A stretch of 64,000 bases of DNA from Kofleriaceae bacterium (GCA_965215005.1 CBDCCZ010000018.1:1-64000), one strand, 5' to 3'. Positions 40,979 to 53,613 are shown, numbered from the stretch's first letter. Numbers and translations are program-made. The notes: generated from the sequence alone by a model not told the origin.

Positions 40979-42251
40979 CTTCGACTCCACGCACGCGCTG
41001 CTGCTGCAGGGACCGAACGGGCCTTTCTTTCATCGATTCGCCAAGGAGCTCGAGCAGCGCGGTATGGCGGTTACCAAGGTGAACTTCAACGCCGCCGATG
41101 CTCTGTTCTTCCGCGGCCGCAATGCAATCTCGTATCGCGAACCGATGGAGCAGTGGCCGAGTTTCCTTCGCAATCTCCTGCGACGGAGCAGCATCGATAT
41201 CATCTTCTTATTCGGCGACTGTCGGCCGCTGCACCGACAGGCCACCGCCGTTGCAGCGGAGCTCGGCGTCCCGGTGTGGATGTTCGAAGAGGGATACCTG
41301 CGGCCCCACTGGATCACGCTCGAGCAGGGTGGCGTCAACGGCAACTCACGGATGCCGAAAGATCCGGAATACTACCGCCACGAAGCGCCGACTGGTGCGC
41401 TACCTGCGGTCGTGCCGGTGGGGCATACGTTTGGCTATGCGGCGCTGTGGACGATTCTGACTGCCATGGCCATCACGCTGCTCGGATGGCGCTATCCACA
41501 CTATCGGCACCACCGCGACTTCAATCTCTTCCGCCAGACTTGGCTCTGGGGACGAGGCTTTCTCCGCAAGTCATGGTATCGGCACAAGGAGCGCGACTTC
41601 ACCGCTCACCTGCGGGTGAGCCGCGCCCAGAACTACTTCTTCGTGCCCCTGCAAGTTCACTGCGATGCGCAGCTGGACCATTCTCCGTATGCGGACGTGG
41701 AAGAGTTTATCGTCGACGTGGTGACCTCGTTTGCACAGCACGCGCCGGCCGACGCGCATCTCATCCTCAAACACCATCCGATGGACTTGGCCTACCGTGA
41801 TTATGGGCCGCTCCTTTGTAGGCTCGGCAGCCAATACGATTGCGCGGAGCGTCTTCTCTACGTTCACGACGTGCACCTGCCAACACTGCTGCGTTACGCG
41901 CGCGGCACCATCACGATGAACAGCACCGTTGGGTTGTCTTCTCTCCAAGAGGGAACGCCGGTAAAGGTGATGGGCGCGGCGATTTACGATCTGCCTAAAC
42001 TCGTCTGCCAGCGCCCTCTGGCCGAGTTCTTCACCAGGCCCGGTACGGTCGACAAGCAGCTGTGTGATGCGTTCTGCAGGTGGCTTCGAGCGAGCAACCA
42101 GATCAATGGCAGCTTCTATAAGCGCCTAGAGGGCGCGACCACCGCGTCCGGTCTTAACCCAACGACGCCGGGCCGCTCTAGCAGCGCGAGCAACGGTCAT
42201 AAGGGTGGCACGAGCCTCCCGCGGTGGCGTCGCAAACCCTCCTCCACTTGA
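40968..42251 (+). CDS. kpsS: Beta-Kdo transferase KpsS
   Basis: LLLQGP.GPFF, FEEGYLRP, GVNGNS, PLQVHCDAQ, KHHPMD, NSTVG, QINGSFY. Confidence 0.93.
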   Translation: MLLDFDSTHALLLQGPNGPFFHRFAKELEQRGMAVTKVNFNAADALFFRGRNAISYREPMEQWPSFLRNLLRRSSIDIIFLFGDCRPLHRQATAVAAELGVPVWMFEEGYLRPHWITLEQGGVNGNSRMPKDPEYYRHEAPTGALPAVVPVGHTFGYAALWTILTAMAITLLGWRYPHYRHHRDFNLFRQTWLWGRGFLRKSWYRHKERDFTAHLRVSRAQNYFFVPLQVHCDAQLDHSPYADVEEFIVDVVTSFAQHAPADAHLILKHHPMDLAYRDYGPLLCRLGSQYDCAERLLYVHDVHLPTLLRYARGTITMNSTVGLSSLQEGTPVKVMGAAIYDLPKLVCQRPLAEFFTRPGTVDKQLCDAFCRWLRASNQINGSFYKRLEGATTASGLNPTTPGRSSSASNGHKGGTSLPRWRRKPSST

Positions 42252-42302
42252 TTGGGACGCCTCGCCGACGAGTCAACCCGGTTAGAAAGGAGCGCTGGTG
42301 GC

Positions 42303-43610
42303 TCACAGGACCTGGGTGGCGAGCTCCGCGAGCTCGGAGCGCTCGCCGCGGGTGAGTGTGATGTGACCGGCGATGGCCTGGCCGCGAAAGCGCTCGGCGA
42401 CGGTGGTGAGACCGTTGTTGGAGGCATCGATATAGGGATTGTCGATTTGGTACGGGTCGCCGGTGAGGATGATCTTGGTGCCTTCGCCGGCGCGCGTGAT
42501 GATGGTCTTGACCTCGTGGGGCGTTAGGTTCTGTGCTTCATCGACGATCATGAAGACGTTTGGCAGCGAGCGCCCGCGGATGTAGGTAAGCGGCTCAATC
42601 TCGATGAAGCCGAGCTCCATGAGCTCGAGGTAGCTGCGCCCGTCTTTGCGATCGCTCTTGGAGAGTCCCATGAGCAGCTCGAGGTTGTCGTAAATCGGCT
42701 GCATCCACGGGTTGAGCTTCTCCTCGATATCGCCGGGCAAGTAGCCAATGTCGCGCCCCAGTGGAAAGATCGGCCGCGAGACCAACAGTTTCTGAAACGT
42801 CTGATCTTCGGCAACTTTTTGCAGCCCAGCGGCCAATGCCAATAGAGTCTTGCCGGTGCCCGCCTTGCCCACGAGGGTCACCAAGCGGATGTCGTCGTTC
42901 ATGAGCAGGTCCAAGCCATAATGCTGCTCTTTGTTGCGTGGGCGAATGCCCCAGACGCCACCTTGCAGCTTACGAATGGCAACGATCTGCTCCTGTGCTT
43001 TGTCGTAGCGCCCGAGCGCGGCGTGCGCTGCTTGCTCGGCGTCGCGAAGCAGCACGTATTCGTTGGGCGAGAGCGGCGTGGGCGGACGCAGCACGCCATC
43101 GCTGTAGAAGAGATCGACCTCTTCTCCCGACAGCGGCAGCTCGACGGCGCCGGGATAGAGCTCGTCAATCGAGATGTGCTGCGGCTCGTAGTCCACTGTG
43201 GTGAGGCCAAGGGCGTCGCCGCGAATGCGCATGTTGACGTCTTTGGTGACCAAGATCGTGGCGTGGTCGGCATCTTCGCCGGCGAGATCGAGCGCGACCT
43301 CGAGGATGAAGTGATCCATCTGACGACCATCGTGGGCCTCGAGCGGCGAGCGGCGACCGAGCGCCACCCGAACCGTGCCGCCGCCCTCGAGCGGGACGCG
43401 ATGCGCGAGGCCGCCGTCGGCGCGATGGGCATCGAGCTGGCGCGCCACCTGACGCGCGTTGCGGCCGAGCTCCGAAAGATCTTTCTTGAAGGTGTCGATC
43501 TCTTCGATGACGTAAATGGGAATGACGACGTGGTTGTCGGCAAACGCGTACATCGCCCCCGGGTCGTGCAAAAGGACGTTGGTGTCGAGGACGTAGTTCT
43601 TCAGCGCCAT
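42303..43610 (-). CDS. PIN-PhoH (PhoH2-type) protein
   Basis: YVLDTNVLLHDP PIN domain; GKAGTGKT, GYLPG, RGRS, DEAQN, GDPYQID. Confidence 0.95.
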   Translation of the reverse strand: MALKNYVLDTNVLLHDPGAMYAFADNHVVIPIYVIEEIDTFKKDLSELGRNARQVARQLDAHRADGGLAHRVPLEGGGTVRVALGRRSPLEAHDGRQMDHFILEVALDLAGEDADHATILVTKDVNMRIRGDALGLTTVDYEPQHISIDELYPGAVELPLSGEEVDLFYSDGVLRPPTPLSPNEYVLLRDAEQAAHAALGRYDKAQEQIVAIRKLQGGVWGIRPRNKEQHYGLDLLMNDDIRLVTLVGKAGTGKTLLALAAGLQKVAEDQTFQKLLVSRPIFPLGRDIGYLPGDIEEKLNPWMQPIYDNLELLMGLSKSDRKDGRSYLELMELGFIEIEPLTYIRGRSLPNVFMIVDEAQNLTPHEVKTIITRAGEGTKIILTGDPYQIDNPYIDASNNGLTTVAERFRGQAIAGHITLTRGERSELAELATQVL

Positions 43611-43693
43611 CGACCTCGATCATCAGGAGCGCGTCGAGACTCTGTCAATGCGCCAGCGCCCAAACAGCATCTCGAGCAGCGAGCGGCGCCGCA

Positions 43694-45870
<2,177 letters not shown>

Positions 45871-45874
<4 letters not shown>

Positions 45875-46242
45875 CGCGACTCCCCGGTCGGCACGACGCG
45901 CACCACCACTTCCCCCGGCCGCACCATGCCGAGCTCGTCACGAGCGAGATCTTCGATGGCCAGTGGATCGGTGCGGAGCGCATCGATCTCGCGCCGATAG
46001 CGGGCGTTTTCCTGACTCAGCCGTTCGATGGCGTGGGTCGCCGCGTCGCGCTGACTGCGCAGCCGCTCGGCGCGGCGCGCCCCGGAGCCATCGATGAGAT
46101 GGTACGGGATGTAGGCCATGGCGAACGCGAGCACGCTCGCCATCGCCAGCCGCGTCCCCCACTCTGCCAGCAAATCAGAGCGATCGCGGCCGAGCGCGCG
46201 AATCCCGCTCGAGGCTCGCCAGCGTAGATTGAGACGGCGCAC
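45871..46242 (-). CDS. ftsB: Septum formation initiator (FtsB/DivIC family); start uncertain
   Basis: TM followed by a coiled coil and IEDLARDELGMVRPGE. Confidence 0.85.
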
Positions 46243-46292
46243 GCTTCGACGATAAAGAGCGCCGCGCGCAGGACAAAGTTTTCGGCCGCCCG

Positions 46293-48272
46293 CTACGGCG
46301 CGATCAGCGTGAGCCCGGCTCTGGTGCGCGCCCAAACCCGGCCGAGATGATCGACGGCGACATTTCGCACCTGGTCCTCGAGCAGGCCGCGGCGGCGGTC
46401 CAGGCGGCGCAGGCGGGCGCCATCGAATACCGCGACCCCCCGGTCAGTCGCCATCCACAAGCGGCCATCGAGGCCAAACTCCAAGTCGTTGACCGGCCAC
46501 TCCAACGCGCGCGGGTAATGCCACGCTTCGCCATCGAAACGCCCGACGCCTTGCCCGGAGGCCACATACACCATGCCGCCTGCGGAGCACGCGATGCCGC
46601 GCAAGAGCTCCGAGCGCAGTCCTGCTTCGGCCTCCGTGAACACGCGCACGTCCTCGCCGCGCACCCGCGCCGCGCCTTCACTGGTAGCAAGCCAAACCTC
46701 GTCGTCTTCGATGAAGCAGGCATCTTGCACATTGATGGGAATGGGCAATACGCCTTGCTGCACCGCTTGGCGACTGCGACTGGCGTGGTGATAGACCACC
46801 GCGCCGAGACCGATATCGACCAAAGCGACGCCGTGCGGCCGCACCTCGCCCACGCGATCGCGGTACCGCACGCCCAGCCATAGGACGTCGCTTGGCGAGA
46901 ACCGCGCGAACGTGAGCGTCGGCTCGCGGCCGGGGGTGTCGATGGCGAGATCGGGAACGCTGGTCCAGACCCCGGCCAAGACCCGCGAGAGCTCGATTTT
47001 CGAGCCGCCGGTGGCGCGATGGAGGGCGTAGACGCGGCCGGTGCTGTCGCGAACGAACGCCAAGACGTCGCGGTCGGCCGGACCTGTGGAGTGAAATCGC
47101 CGACCATCGAAGCGCCACGCACGACGGGCACCGGTGGCGACGTAGCAGTCGGTCGCCCGGGTGCAGGCGACGGTGAGCCCGCCGGAGCCGCCGACCAAAT
47201 CGGCGCGCCGCAACCAGTCGGTGGCCGGGGCGCTGCTGGCGAGGCGCGCAACGCCGATGTCGCGCGTGCCCAAAAAGATCGCGTCCGCGCTCGCGGCCAC
47301 CGATGATGCCGCGGCGGGCAAGCGCCGCGACACCAGCTCGACCGAATAGGGGCTGTCGAAGGTCTCGCCGCCGCCACCGCTGGCAACCGGCACCAGCCGC
47401 ATCGGGTCCCGGCGCAGCCGACGAGCGCCCTGCGAGGGCAAGCGCAGCCGATAGAGCCGCGAGCGCGTTAGCACCAACAGCGAGTCCTTCTGCGGTGCGG
47501 CGGCCAGCCACTCGACCTCCGGCGACGGCCGGAATAGCTCGCAAGCGCCCGCAGCCACTCGAACCACGCGTTGCGCCCCCGTCGCGGTGTTACCGATGGC
47601 GAGCATGGCGCCGTCGGGGGCGGGCGCGAAGAATCGGACCCGCGCGAGCTCGCAGCCGCGCTCGCCACCCACGCTCGCGATCGTGCCGTCGGGGCGCCGC
47701 GCCCAGAGCCCGCCTTTCGTGCCGATCCACAGCCAGCCTTGGGCATCGCGGCGGAGTGCCGTGACCGGCTCGGTGAGCTCCGGAGGCCTCGAGTCGCTGT
47801 CGAGGTCGACGGCGCGCAGGCCATCGCGGCCGCCAATCCACACGCCGTCGGCGGCCGGCGCCAAGGCGATAGCACTGGTTTCGAGAGTAGGCACGCTCCT
47901 GGGCGCGCGCTCGACGGCGCCGCTGGCAAGGTCGTAGCGAGCGAGCCCCGCTTCGGTCGCGAGCCACAGCCAGCGACGCGCGGGATCCATGGTCATTGCC
48001 AGCACGCGCTCGCCGCGCAAGTCGAGGGCATCCCCAAGCTCGACCGCGGTGTCGTCGGCGAGGTTCCAGCGCGTGAGGCCATGCTCGGTGGCCGCGAACA
48101 GATACGGCGGCGCCGCGACCAACGCCCGCACCGGCGCCGATTCACTAAATGAGCGCACTCGCACCGAGGAGCTCGGCGCGGCAGGCTCGGGTGGGCGCAC
48201 GCAGGCCGCCAGCGCGGTGGCGGCGCCCAGCGCGAGAAGCGGAACAAATCGGATGTGCTCGCGACTCGTCAC
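46293..48272 (-). CDS. Lipoprotein with two-component-regulator-type beta-propeller repeats
   Basis: Lipobox ALAAC; repeated LWLATEAGL, LWIGTKGGL, LWMATDRGV blades. Confidence 0.8.
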   Translation of the reverse strand: MTSREHIRFVPLLALGAATALAACVRPPEPAAPSSSVRVRSFSESAPVRALVAAPPYLFAATEHGLTRWNLADDTAVELGDALDLRGERVLAMTMDPARRWLWLATEAGLARYDLASGAVERAPRSVPTLETSAIALAPAADGVWIGGRDGLRAVDLDSDSRPPELTEPVTALRRDAQGWLWIGTKGGLWARRPDGTIASVGGERGCELARVRFFAPAPDGAMLAIGNTATGAQRVVRVAAGACELFRPSPEVEWLAAAPQKDSLLVLTRSRLYRLRLPSQGARRLRRDPMRLVPVASGGGGETFDSPYSVELVSRRLPAAASSVAASADAIFLGTRDIGVARLASSAPATDWLRRADLVGGSGGLTVACTRATDCYVATGARRAWRFDGRRFHSTGPADRDVLAFVRDSTGRVYALHRATGGSKIELSRVLAGVWTSVPDLAIDTPGREPTLTFARFSPSDVLWLGVRYRDRVGEVRPHGVALVDIGLGAVVYHHASRSRQAVQQGVLPIPINVQDACFIEDDEVWLATSEGAARVRGEDVRVFTEAEAGLRSELLRGIACSAGGMVYVASGQGVGRFDGEAWHYPRALEWPVNDLEFGLDGRLWMATDRGVAVFDGARLRRLDRRRGLLEDQVRNVAVDHLGRVWARTRAGLTLIAP

Positions 48273-48339
48273 GCGGCCCGCGCAAGGCTAACGCAGCGTA
48301 GACCTTGGCGCCAGCGCTCATCGTCCGCATAATCGCGGG

Positions 48340-48966
48340 ATGGCCAGCCGCAAACGAAGCCGACGCAGTCGCCGCGGCATCACCCCGCGAGCCGACGTCT
48401 CCGGTACCCTCGGCACCCTCCTGCGCACCACCCTCCACCAGGTCGGTGTGGTGAAAGACGCGGCCGTGCGCAGTGCGAGTCGTTCACGCGAGCGGCTCGA
48501 TGAAGCGATGCTAGAGCGCAAGCGCCGCGACACCCTGGCCGCTTTGGGCGAGGTAGTCTACGAGCTCATCGTCGAGGGCGACGCCGCCGACCTCGAGGAG
48601 GTCGACGAGATTCGCTCGCTGGTGAGCGACCTCGAGCATCTCGATGCGCGCCTCGATCAACACGAGCAGCACCAGGCCCCGGCCCCGCAAGACGACGGAA
48701 CCGTGTCGAGCGCGGCGTGGAGCTCGGTGCGCCGCTTTCACCAAGCCGAGGGTGCGGCAGAGCGGGTGTGGCGTCCAACCGCCGACGTCCCAGACGCCCC
48801 CAAGCGTGATGCCGCGCCCCCGGGCGAGTCGGCTGGGCCGCGGCGTCGGCGTTCTGCAGCGAGCGGCGAGCGGCGCGGTGGCATCTCGTTCGTCGACGAT
48901 CCGGCCGACGCCGCCGAGGCCGAGCTGGCCGACTACATGCACCCCGACGACGTTCCCGAGCAGTGA
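48340..48966 (+). CDS. Hypothetical protein
   Basis: Helical, acidic 208-aa ORF filling the gap; ends DYMHPDDVP. Confidence 0.65.
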   Translation: MASRKRSRRSRRGITPRADVSGTLGTLLRTTLHQVGVVKDAAVRSASRSRERLDEAMLERKRRDTLAALGEVVYELIVEGDAADLEEVDEIRSLVSDLEHLDARLDQHEQHQAPAPQDDGTVSSAAWSSVRRFHQAEGAAERVWRPTADVPDAPKRDAAPPGESAGPRRRRSAASGERRGGISFVDDPADAAEAELADYMHPDDVPEQ

Positions 48967-48995
48967 CAGCGCGCCGCTGAAAACGGCGTCCGCGC

Positions 48996-49024
48996 TTGAC
49001 ACGTCTGCCGGCACTTGCTACCTA
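48996..49024 (+). promoter_or_regulatory. Probable sigma-70 promoter for tRNA-Ala
   Basis: Perfect TTGACA, 17-nt spacer, then a weak -10 (TACCTA). Confidence 0.45.
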
Positions 49025-49065
49025 AGCGGACCTCGGCGGCCCAAGCGTCGAGAACAGCAGCTCAA

Positions 49066-49146
<81 letters not shown>

Positions 49147-49148
49147 CG

Positions 49149-49175
49149 AGCCGGCGCACCTCGCCGGCTTTTTTC
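49149..49175 (+). terminator. Intrinsic terminator after tRNA-Ala
   Basis: AGCCGGCG-cacct-CGCCGGCT hairpin followed by a T-run. Confidence 0.85.
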
Positions 49176-49259
49176 ATGTCCACGCGCAACTCGATGGAGT
49201 TCCTGCCCCGTCGTGAGCACCAGCGAAGCCATCCTGACTGGTGCCCAATCCGTTGCCGC

Positions 49260-49930
49260 TTAGTTCAGTACCGCGAGTGGCTCGCCGTCGCGCCGGCAGA
49301 AGCGTTCGCTCAGCTGGTATTGGCCGTGGCACTCAGGGCAGATTCGCGCCAGCAATCCGGCGCCGTTATCTCCCATGCGCTGGCCGATGAGCGCTTCGTA
49401 CAGCGGCGCGGGCTAGGAGCTCGCTGGCGCACGCCGGGGCACGCGGAGACGCTGGCGTCGAAGGCTCGATGACAGTCGGCGCAGACGCTGCCGCGACCGC
49501 GGGCCTTCTCTTGCACCTCCGAGGCGGGCACGAGGCGGCGTGCATCGCGGGGGCAGTACTCAAAGGTTGCCTCGTACTCGCGGGTGCACGAGGGGCACGC
49601 CATCGCAGAGCTCGCCACCTGCAGCGCCGCGCCGCCGGTGGTCACGCGCCGCGCCGGCGGCGTCTCGAGCGCCAGGAGCGGCCGGCGGCCTCCCGCAGGT
49701 CCCGCGGGGTGCTTGACCACCCGCTTCGGGCTCGTCGGCCGCCGCCGCAAGATCAGGGCGCAGGCGAGCACCACGCATAGGATGACGCCCAAAATGGCGA
49801 TCAACGCGATCAGCGCGGCACGCGCGCCGTGCGGCAAGGGCGCGGCCTCCATCAGGAGCGCCGGAAGTCGGTCGACGAGCACGGTCGGCAACGGGCAAGC
49901 CTCTCGAGAGCGGAGAGCCCAGGCTAGCAA
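49260..49930 (-). CDS. Membrane protein with three zinc-ribbon repeats; two apparent frameshifts near 49436 and 49413
   Basis: TM followed by CPSC..CPRD and CADC..CP; shifted frames continue ACASELL and PAPLYEAL...CPEC..FCRRDGEPLAVLN*. Confidence 0.65.
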
Positions 49931-50024
49931 TCGGTCGCATCACGGTCAACGCCGGTGGCATCGGTGAGGCATCGGCGCGACGGCCGCCGCGAATTCCGAG
50001 TCGGGTGCTCGGCTGTGGTAGACA

Positions 50025-51746
50025 GTGCACGTGGCAGACCTGGTCATCGGTGGGCGTCGTCATGGCTCGCACCGAAGCCTGCGCGGCGTGGTCATCGCAG
50101 GTGCGCTGGTTGCGGTTGCGGCGATCGCTGCCTATTTCATCTATCGGCGGCTGGTCTCCTATGCCGAGCCCAGCGGCGAGCTGCCCCACGCGGCGCTGGA
50201 CGTCGACCCACAGCAGCGCCAGGCGCTCCGATATGGCCCGGCGAGCTTGACCTATCGCGGCGAGTTGCCTGTGCTTCGGCTCTCCGGCGAGCCTTTCGCC
50301 CTCGGCGCCGCCCACGGCCGGCTCGCCGCCGACGACGTCGCGCGCGTCGCCACAAGCATCGAGCCGACCATCGCCGCCACCGTGCGTCGTGAGGGCTGGT
50401 TTGCTGGCTTCACGTACCCGGCGCGGCTGCGGTGGCAGCATCGCTACGCCGATGACGGCATTCCCGGGCATCAGCTCATGGAGGTCGCGGCCATCGTGCG
50501 CGGCGCCGCCGCCTCGCGCGCAGCACCGCCTAGCTATCAGACACTGCTACGCCAACAGACGGCGCTAGACGTGGGCGTGCCGGCACCGTGGTCCTCGGGC
50601 GCCGCACTCCACGCGCTGAGCCGGTCGCTGAGCTTTATCACGCCGCTGCGCGGCACCAGCGGCGAGCGACTCGTCATTGGCCGCAGCTTCGGCTTGCCGG
50701 GTGCCGGCGACGGTGGCGATGCCGCGCGCCAGAACCTCACCGTCAGCTTCGTCCATGCCGACAAGGTCATTCCCTATGCCTCGGTTGGCTGGCCGGGGCT
50801 CATCGGTGTCGTTTCGGCCATCAACGCCGAAGGCATCGCCATCATGGTCCATCCGGTGCGCACCAGCGACGTGGAGCTCGGCAAGACGGGCCAGCCGGTC
50901 ACCCTGCTTGCGCGCGACGTGGTCGAAAATGCCCGCTCGCTAGCCGATGCCATCGGTGTGCTGCGTGAAGCCAAGCCCCTTGGCGCCGCCATCTTCGTGG
51001 TAGTCGACGGCAACGCCCGCACCTGGGCGGTGGTCGAGCGCAGCCCGCGGCACGTGACCGTGCGTGAGCCCAAGGCACCCGTGGTCGTGGGCGACTTGCT
51101 CACCAGCGCCGCATTCAAGGACGATCCGATCAACGACCGCACCGGCCGCACCCGACCGCTCACCATGCGGCTCGAGCGACTGCGGACGCTCCTCAAGGAG
51201 TCGCCGCCAATGGAGCTCGCCGATGCCGTCGCGATCCTGCGCGACCACCGCGGTGCCGGCAATGCCTCGCTGCCCCTCGGTCACCGCGGCGCGGTGCGCG
51301 ACGTGGCGGCGGTGCAAACGGCGCTATTTGACACCTCGGCGATGGTTCTCTACGTCGCCGAGGGCGGTGACGCCGCGGGTCGTTTTCGCGCCTTCGACCT
51401 GCGCCATGAGCTCCGCGGCGAAGGCAGCCGCGCCGCGCCTCCCGCCGACGTACTGGCGGCAACCGAAGACGCTGCCGAGGGTCTCGCCACCGCCAGCGCG
51501 CGGGCCGAGCTGCGCGCCGCGCGGCGTGCACGCGCCCGTGGCGACGGCAACGCAGCACGCGAGCACGTGTCGCGGGCCCTGGCGCGCGCGCCGGAGCTGC
51601 CCGAGGCGCTGCTCCTGGCCGGCCACCTGGCGCGCCAACGCGGCGACAACGACGCGGCGCGCGACTACTTCGAGCGCTACCTCGCGGGCGGCGCCGACGA
51701 CCTCGGTGCCGAGCTCGAGGTCCGCGCCTTGCTCGATACCCTGTGA
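50025..51746 (+). CDS. C45/Ntn-hydrolase-like protein with C-terminal TPR; lacks Cys
   Basis: LSGEPFALGAAHG, SVGWPGLIGVVSAINAEG, LLARDVVENA, VVERSP, AILRD; N-terminal TM. Confidence 0.78.
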   Translation: MHVADLVIGGRRHGSHRSLRGVVIAGALVAVAAIAAYFIYRRLVSYAEPSGELPHAALDVDPQQRQALRYGPASLTYRGELPVLRLSGEPFALGAAHGRLAADDVARVATSIEPTIAATVRREGWFAGFTYPARLRWQHRYADDGIPGHQLMEVAAIVRGAAASRAAPPSYQTLLRQQTALDVGVPAPWSSGAALHALSRSLSFITPLRGTSGERLVIGRSFGLPGAGDGGDAARQNLTVSFVHADKVIPYASVGWPGLIGVVSAINAEGIAIMVHPVRTSDVELGKTGQPVTLLARDVVENARSLADAIGVLREAKPLGAAIFVVVDGNARTWAVVERSPRHVTVREPKAPVVVGDLLTSAAFKDDPINDRTGRTRPLTMRLERLRTLLKESPPMELADAVAILRDHRGAGNASLPLGHRGAVRDVAAVQTALFDTSAMVLYVAEGGDAAGRFRAFDLRHELRGEGSRAAPPADVLAATEDAAEGLATASARAELRAARRARARGDGNAAREHVSRALARAPELPEALLLAGHLARQRGDNDAARDYFERYLAGGADDLGAELEVRALLDTL

Positions 51747-51750
51747 GCAC

Positions 51751-52989
51751 TCAGAAGATCAGCGCCAGCGCCACCCCGACGACGCAGCCAACCAGCAGCA
51801 TGGCCAACACCACCCATAAAAGCGGGCTGCGCGAGCGGCTCGCCGCCAACGCGGTGGCTGTCGAAGGAGCGTCGTAGCCCAGCGCGGGACCGGGCGCCGG
51901 CGCCATGTTGATGCCAGCTCCAGGAGCCGCCATCACGGGTGGCGTCTCGAGTCGCGGCACCTCGATGGGCGCCTCCGCGGCACTGGGCGCCCGCCGCTCT
52001 TCGAGCAGCGCATCGACGGCGTGCTGCAGCTCAGCGGCATCGGCGAATCGACGCTCCTTGTCCTTCTCCAGCATGCGCAACACCACCGCATCGACCGCCG
52101 GCGCAATCGCCGCGTCGGGCCGCGCCTGCGACGGTGCCTCGGGAGTCTGCCGCAGCTGCGCGGTAATGAGCGCCGCCGGGCCTTTGGCCTCCGGGAACGG
52201 CAACCGACCGGTAATGAGCTCGTAGGTCACCACGCCCACGGTATAGATGTCGCTGCGGCCGTCGAGCTCTTTGCCCATCAGCTGCTCCGGCGACATGTAC
52301 TCGAGCGTGCCGAGCGTCTGCCCGGTGGCAGTGAGCTGAGGCGAGCCGGCGGTGACGCCCGCGGCATCGCCGCGCAGCACCTTGGCGATTCCGAAATCGA
52401 GAATCTTGACGAAGTCGGCAACCCCACCGCGCTGCTCGAGGTAGATGTTCTCCGGCTTGAGATCGCGATGCACGATGCCCTGCGCGTGCGCCTCGGTGAG
52501 CGAGGAGCACATCTGGCTCACGATCCTGAGCACCCGCCGCCACGCGACCGGCGCTTCCTCATCGAACACGGTCTGCAGGCTGCGGCCCTCGAGCAGCTCC
52601 ATCGCGATGTACAGCGTGCCGTCCGCGGTGCGATCGAAGTCGTAGGTGGTGATGGTGTGGGCATCGCGCAGGTTGCAGAGCACCAAGCCCTCGCGGCGAA
52701 AACGCGCCACCAAGTGCTCATCCCGGGTCATCTCCGGATGCAGCAGCTTGAGCGCGACCTTGCGACCGGTGCCGATCTGAACGCCGCGATAGACGGCCCC
52801 AAAGCCGCCTTCTCCAAGCTTGCCCTCGACGCGAAATCGGCCGCTGAGCACCGTGCCGATGAATGGATCACCACCGGCTGCGAGCTCGGTAGCGGCTCGC
52901 GATTCATCGAGCGCCGGCAGCGCGCTGCCACACACCCCGCAGAACCGGGCGCCCGCTTCCGTCACCGCACCGCAGGACGCACACTTCAT
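51751..52989 (-). CDS. Ser/Thr protein kinase with N-terminal zinc ribbon and C-terminal TM
   Basis: CASC..FCGVCG; LGEGGFGAV, VALK, HRDLKPEN, DFG, GTLEYMSPE. Confidence 0.93.
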   Translation of the reverse strand: MKCASCGAVTEAGARFCGVCGSALPALDESRAATELAAGGDPFIGTVLSGRFRVEGKLGEGGFGAVYRGVQIGTGRKVALKLLHPEMTRDEHLVARFRREGLVLCNLRDAHTITTYDFDRTADGTLYIAMELLEGRSLQTVFDEEAPVAWRRVLRIVSQMCSSLTEAHAQGIVHRDLKPENIYLEQRGGVADFVKILDFGIAKVLRGDAAGVTAGSPQLTATGQTLGTLEYMSPEQLMGKELDGRSDIYTVGVVTYELITGRLPFPEAKGPAALITAQLRQTPEAPSQARPDAAIAPAVDAVVLRMLEKDKERRFADAAELQHAVDALLEERRAPSAAEAPIEVPRLETPPVMAAPGAGINMAPAPGPALGYDAPSTATALAASRSRSPLLWVVLAMLLVGCVVGVALALIF

Positions 52990-53079
52990 CCCCGAGGCCT
53001 CGCTTTCACCGATGAATCCTCACGTAGTGCGGCGATTGTCCCCCATCGCGGCACCTGGTGCACCCCCGGCTCGCCCAAT

Positions 53080-53526
53080 TCACCAGCGCAAACCGACGAT
53101 GACCACCACGGCGATCACCAGCGCCGCGAGCGCCAGCCACAGCAGCACGCGCCCCCGGCCCGGCCCCGCCAGCTCGACCGGCAGCGGGGGGCTGCCGGCA
53201 TCGTCGGCCAGCGCGGTCACACACACGCGCGGGCCGCCGCGCCCAAACTCGATGCGGAACGCGCGGCCAACCACCAGCGGCACCTGGCTTACCCGCTCAC
53301 CATTGACGAACGTGCCGTTGGACGAGCCGACATCGACGATGACATAGCCGGCTTCGGTCCGCCGCAACTCGGCGTGGCGGCTCGAGGCATCGAGCTCGCG
53401 CTCGGCATCGAACGCAACCTCGCAGTCGGGATGGCGACCAAACCGAACCCGCTCGGGATCGTCGAGCTGTTGCCGCTGGCCGCGCTGCTGTCCGCGAACA
53501 TGGTCGATGAAGATGCGCATCGCCAA
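53080..53526 (-). CDS. FHA domain protein with C-terminal TM
   Basis: FGRH, SSRHA, DVGSSNGTFVNG. Confidence 0.88.
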   Translation of the reverse strand: MAMRIFIDHVRGQQRGQRQQLDDPERVRFGRHPDCEVAFDAERELDASSRHAELRRTEAGYVIVDVGSSNGTFVNGERVSQVPLVVGRAFRIEFGRGGPRVCVTALADDAGSPPLPVELAGPGRGRVLLWLALAALVIAVVVIVGLRW

Positions 53527-53613
53527 ACCCAGTTATCGCATGCAGACGCGGGCGGCAGGGCAACGAAACGCGGAGCAATGTCAGCATGGAGCTCGTGGCG
53601 ACCTGGCGGCGGA

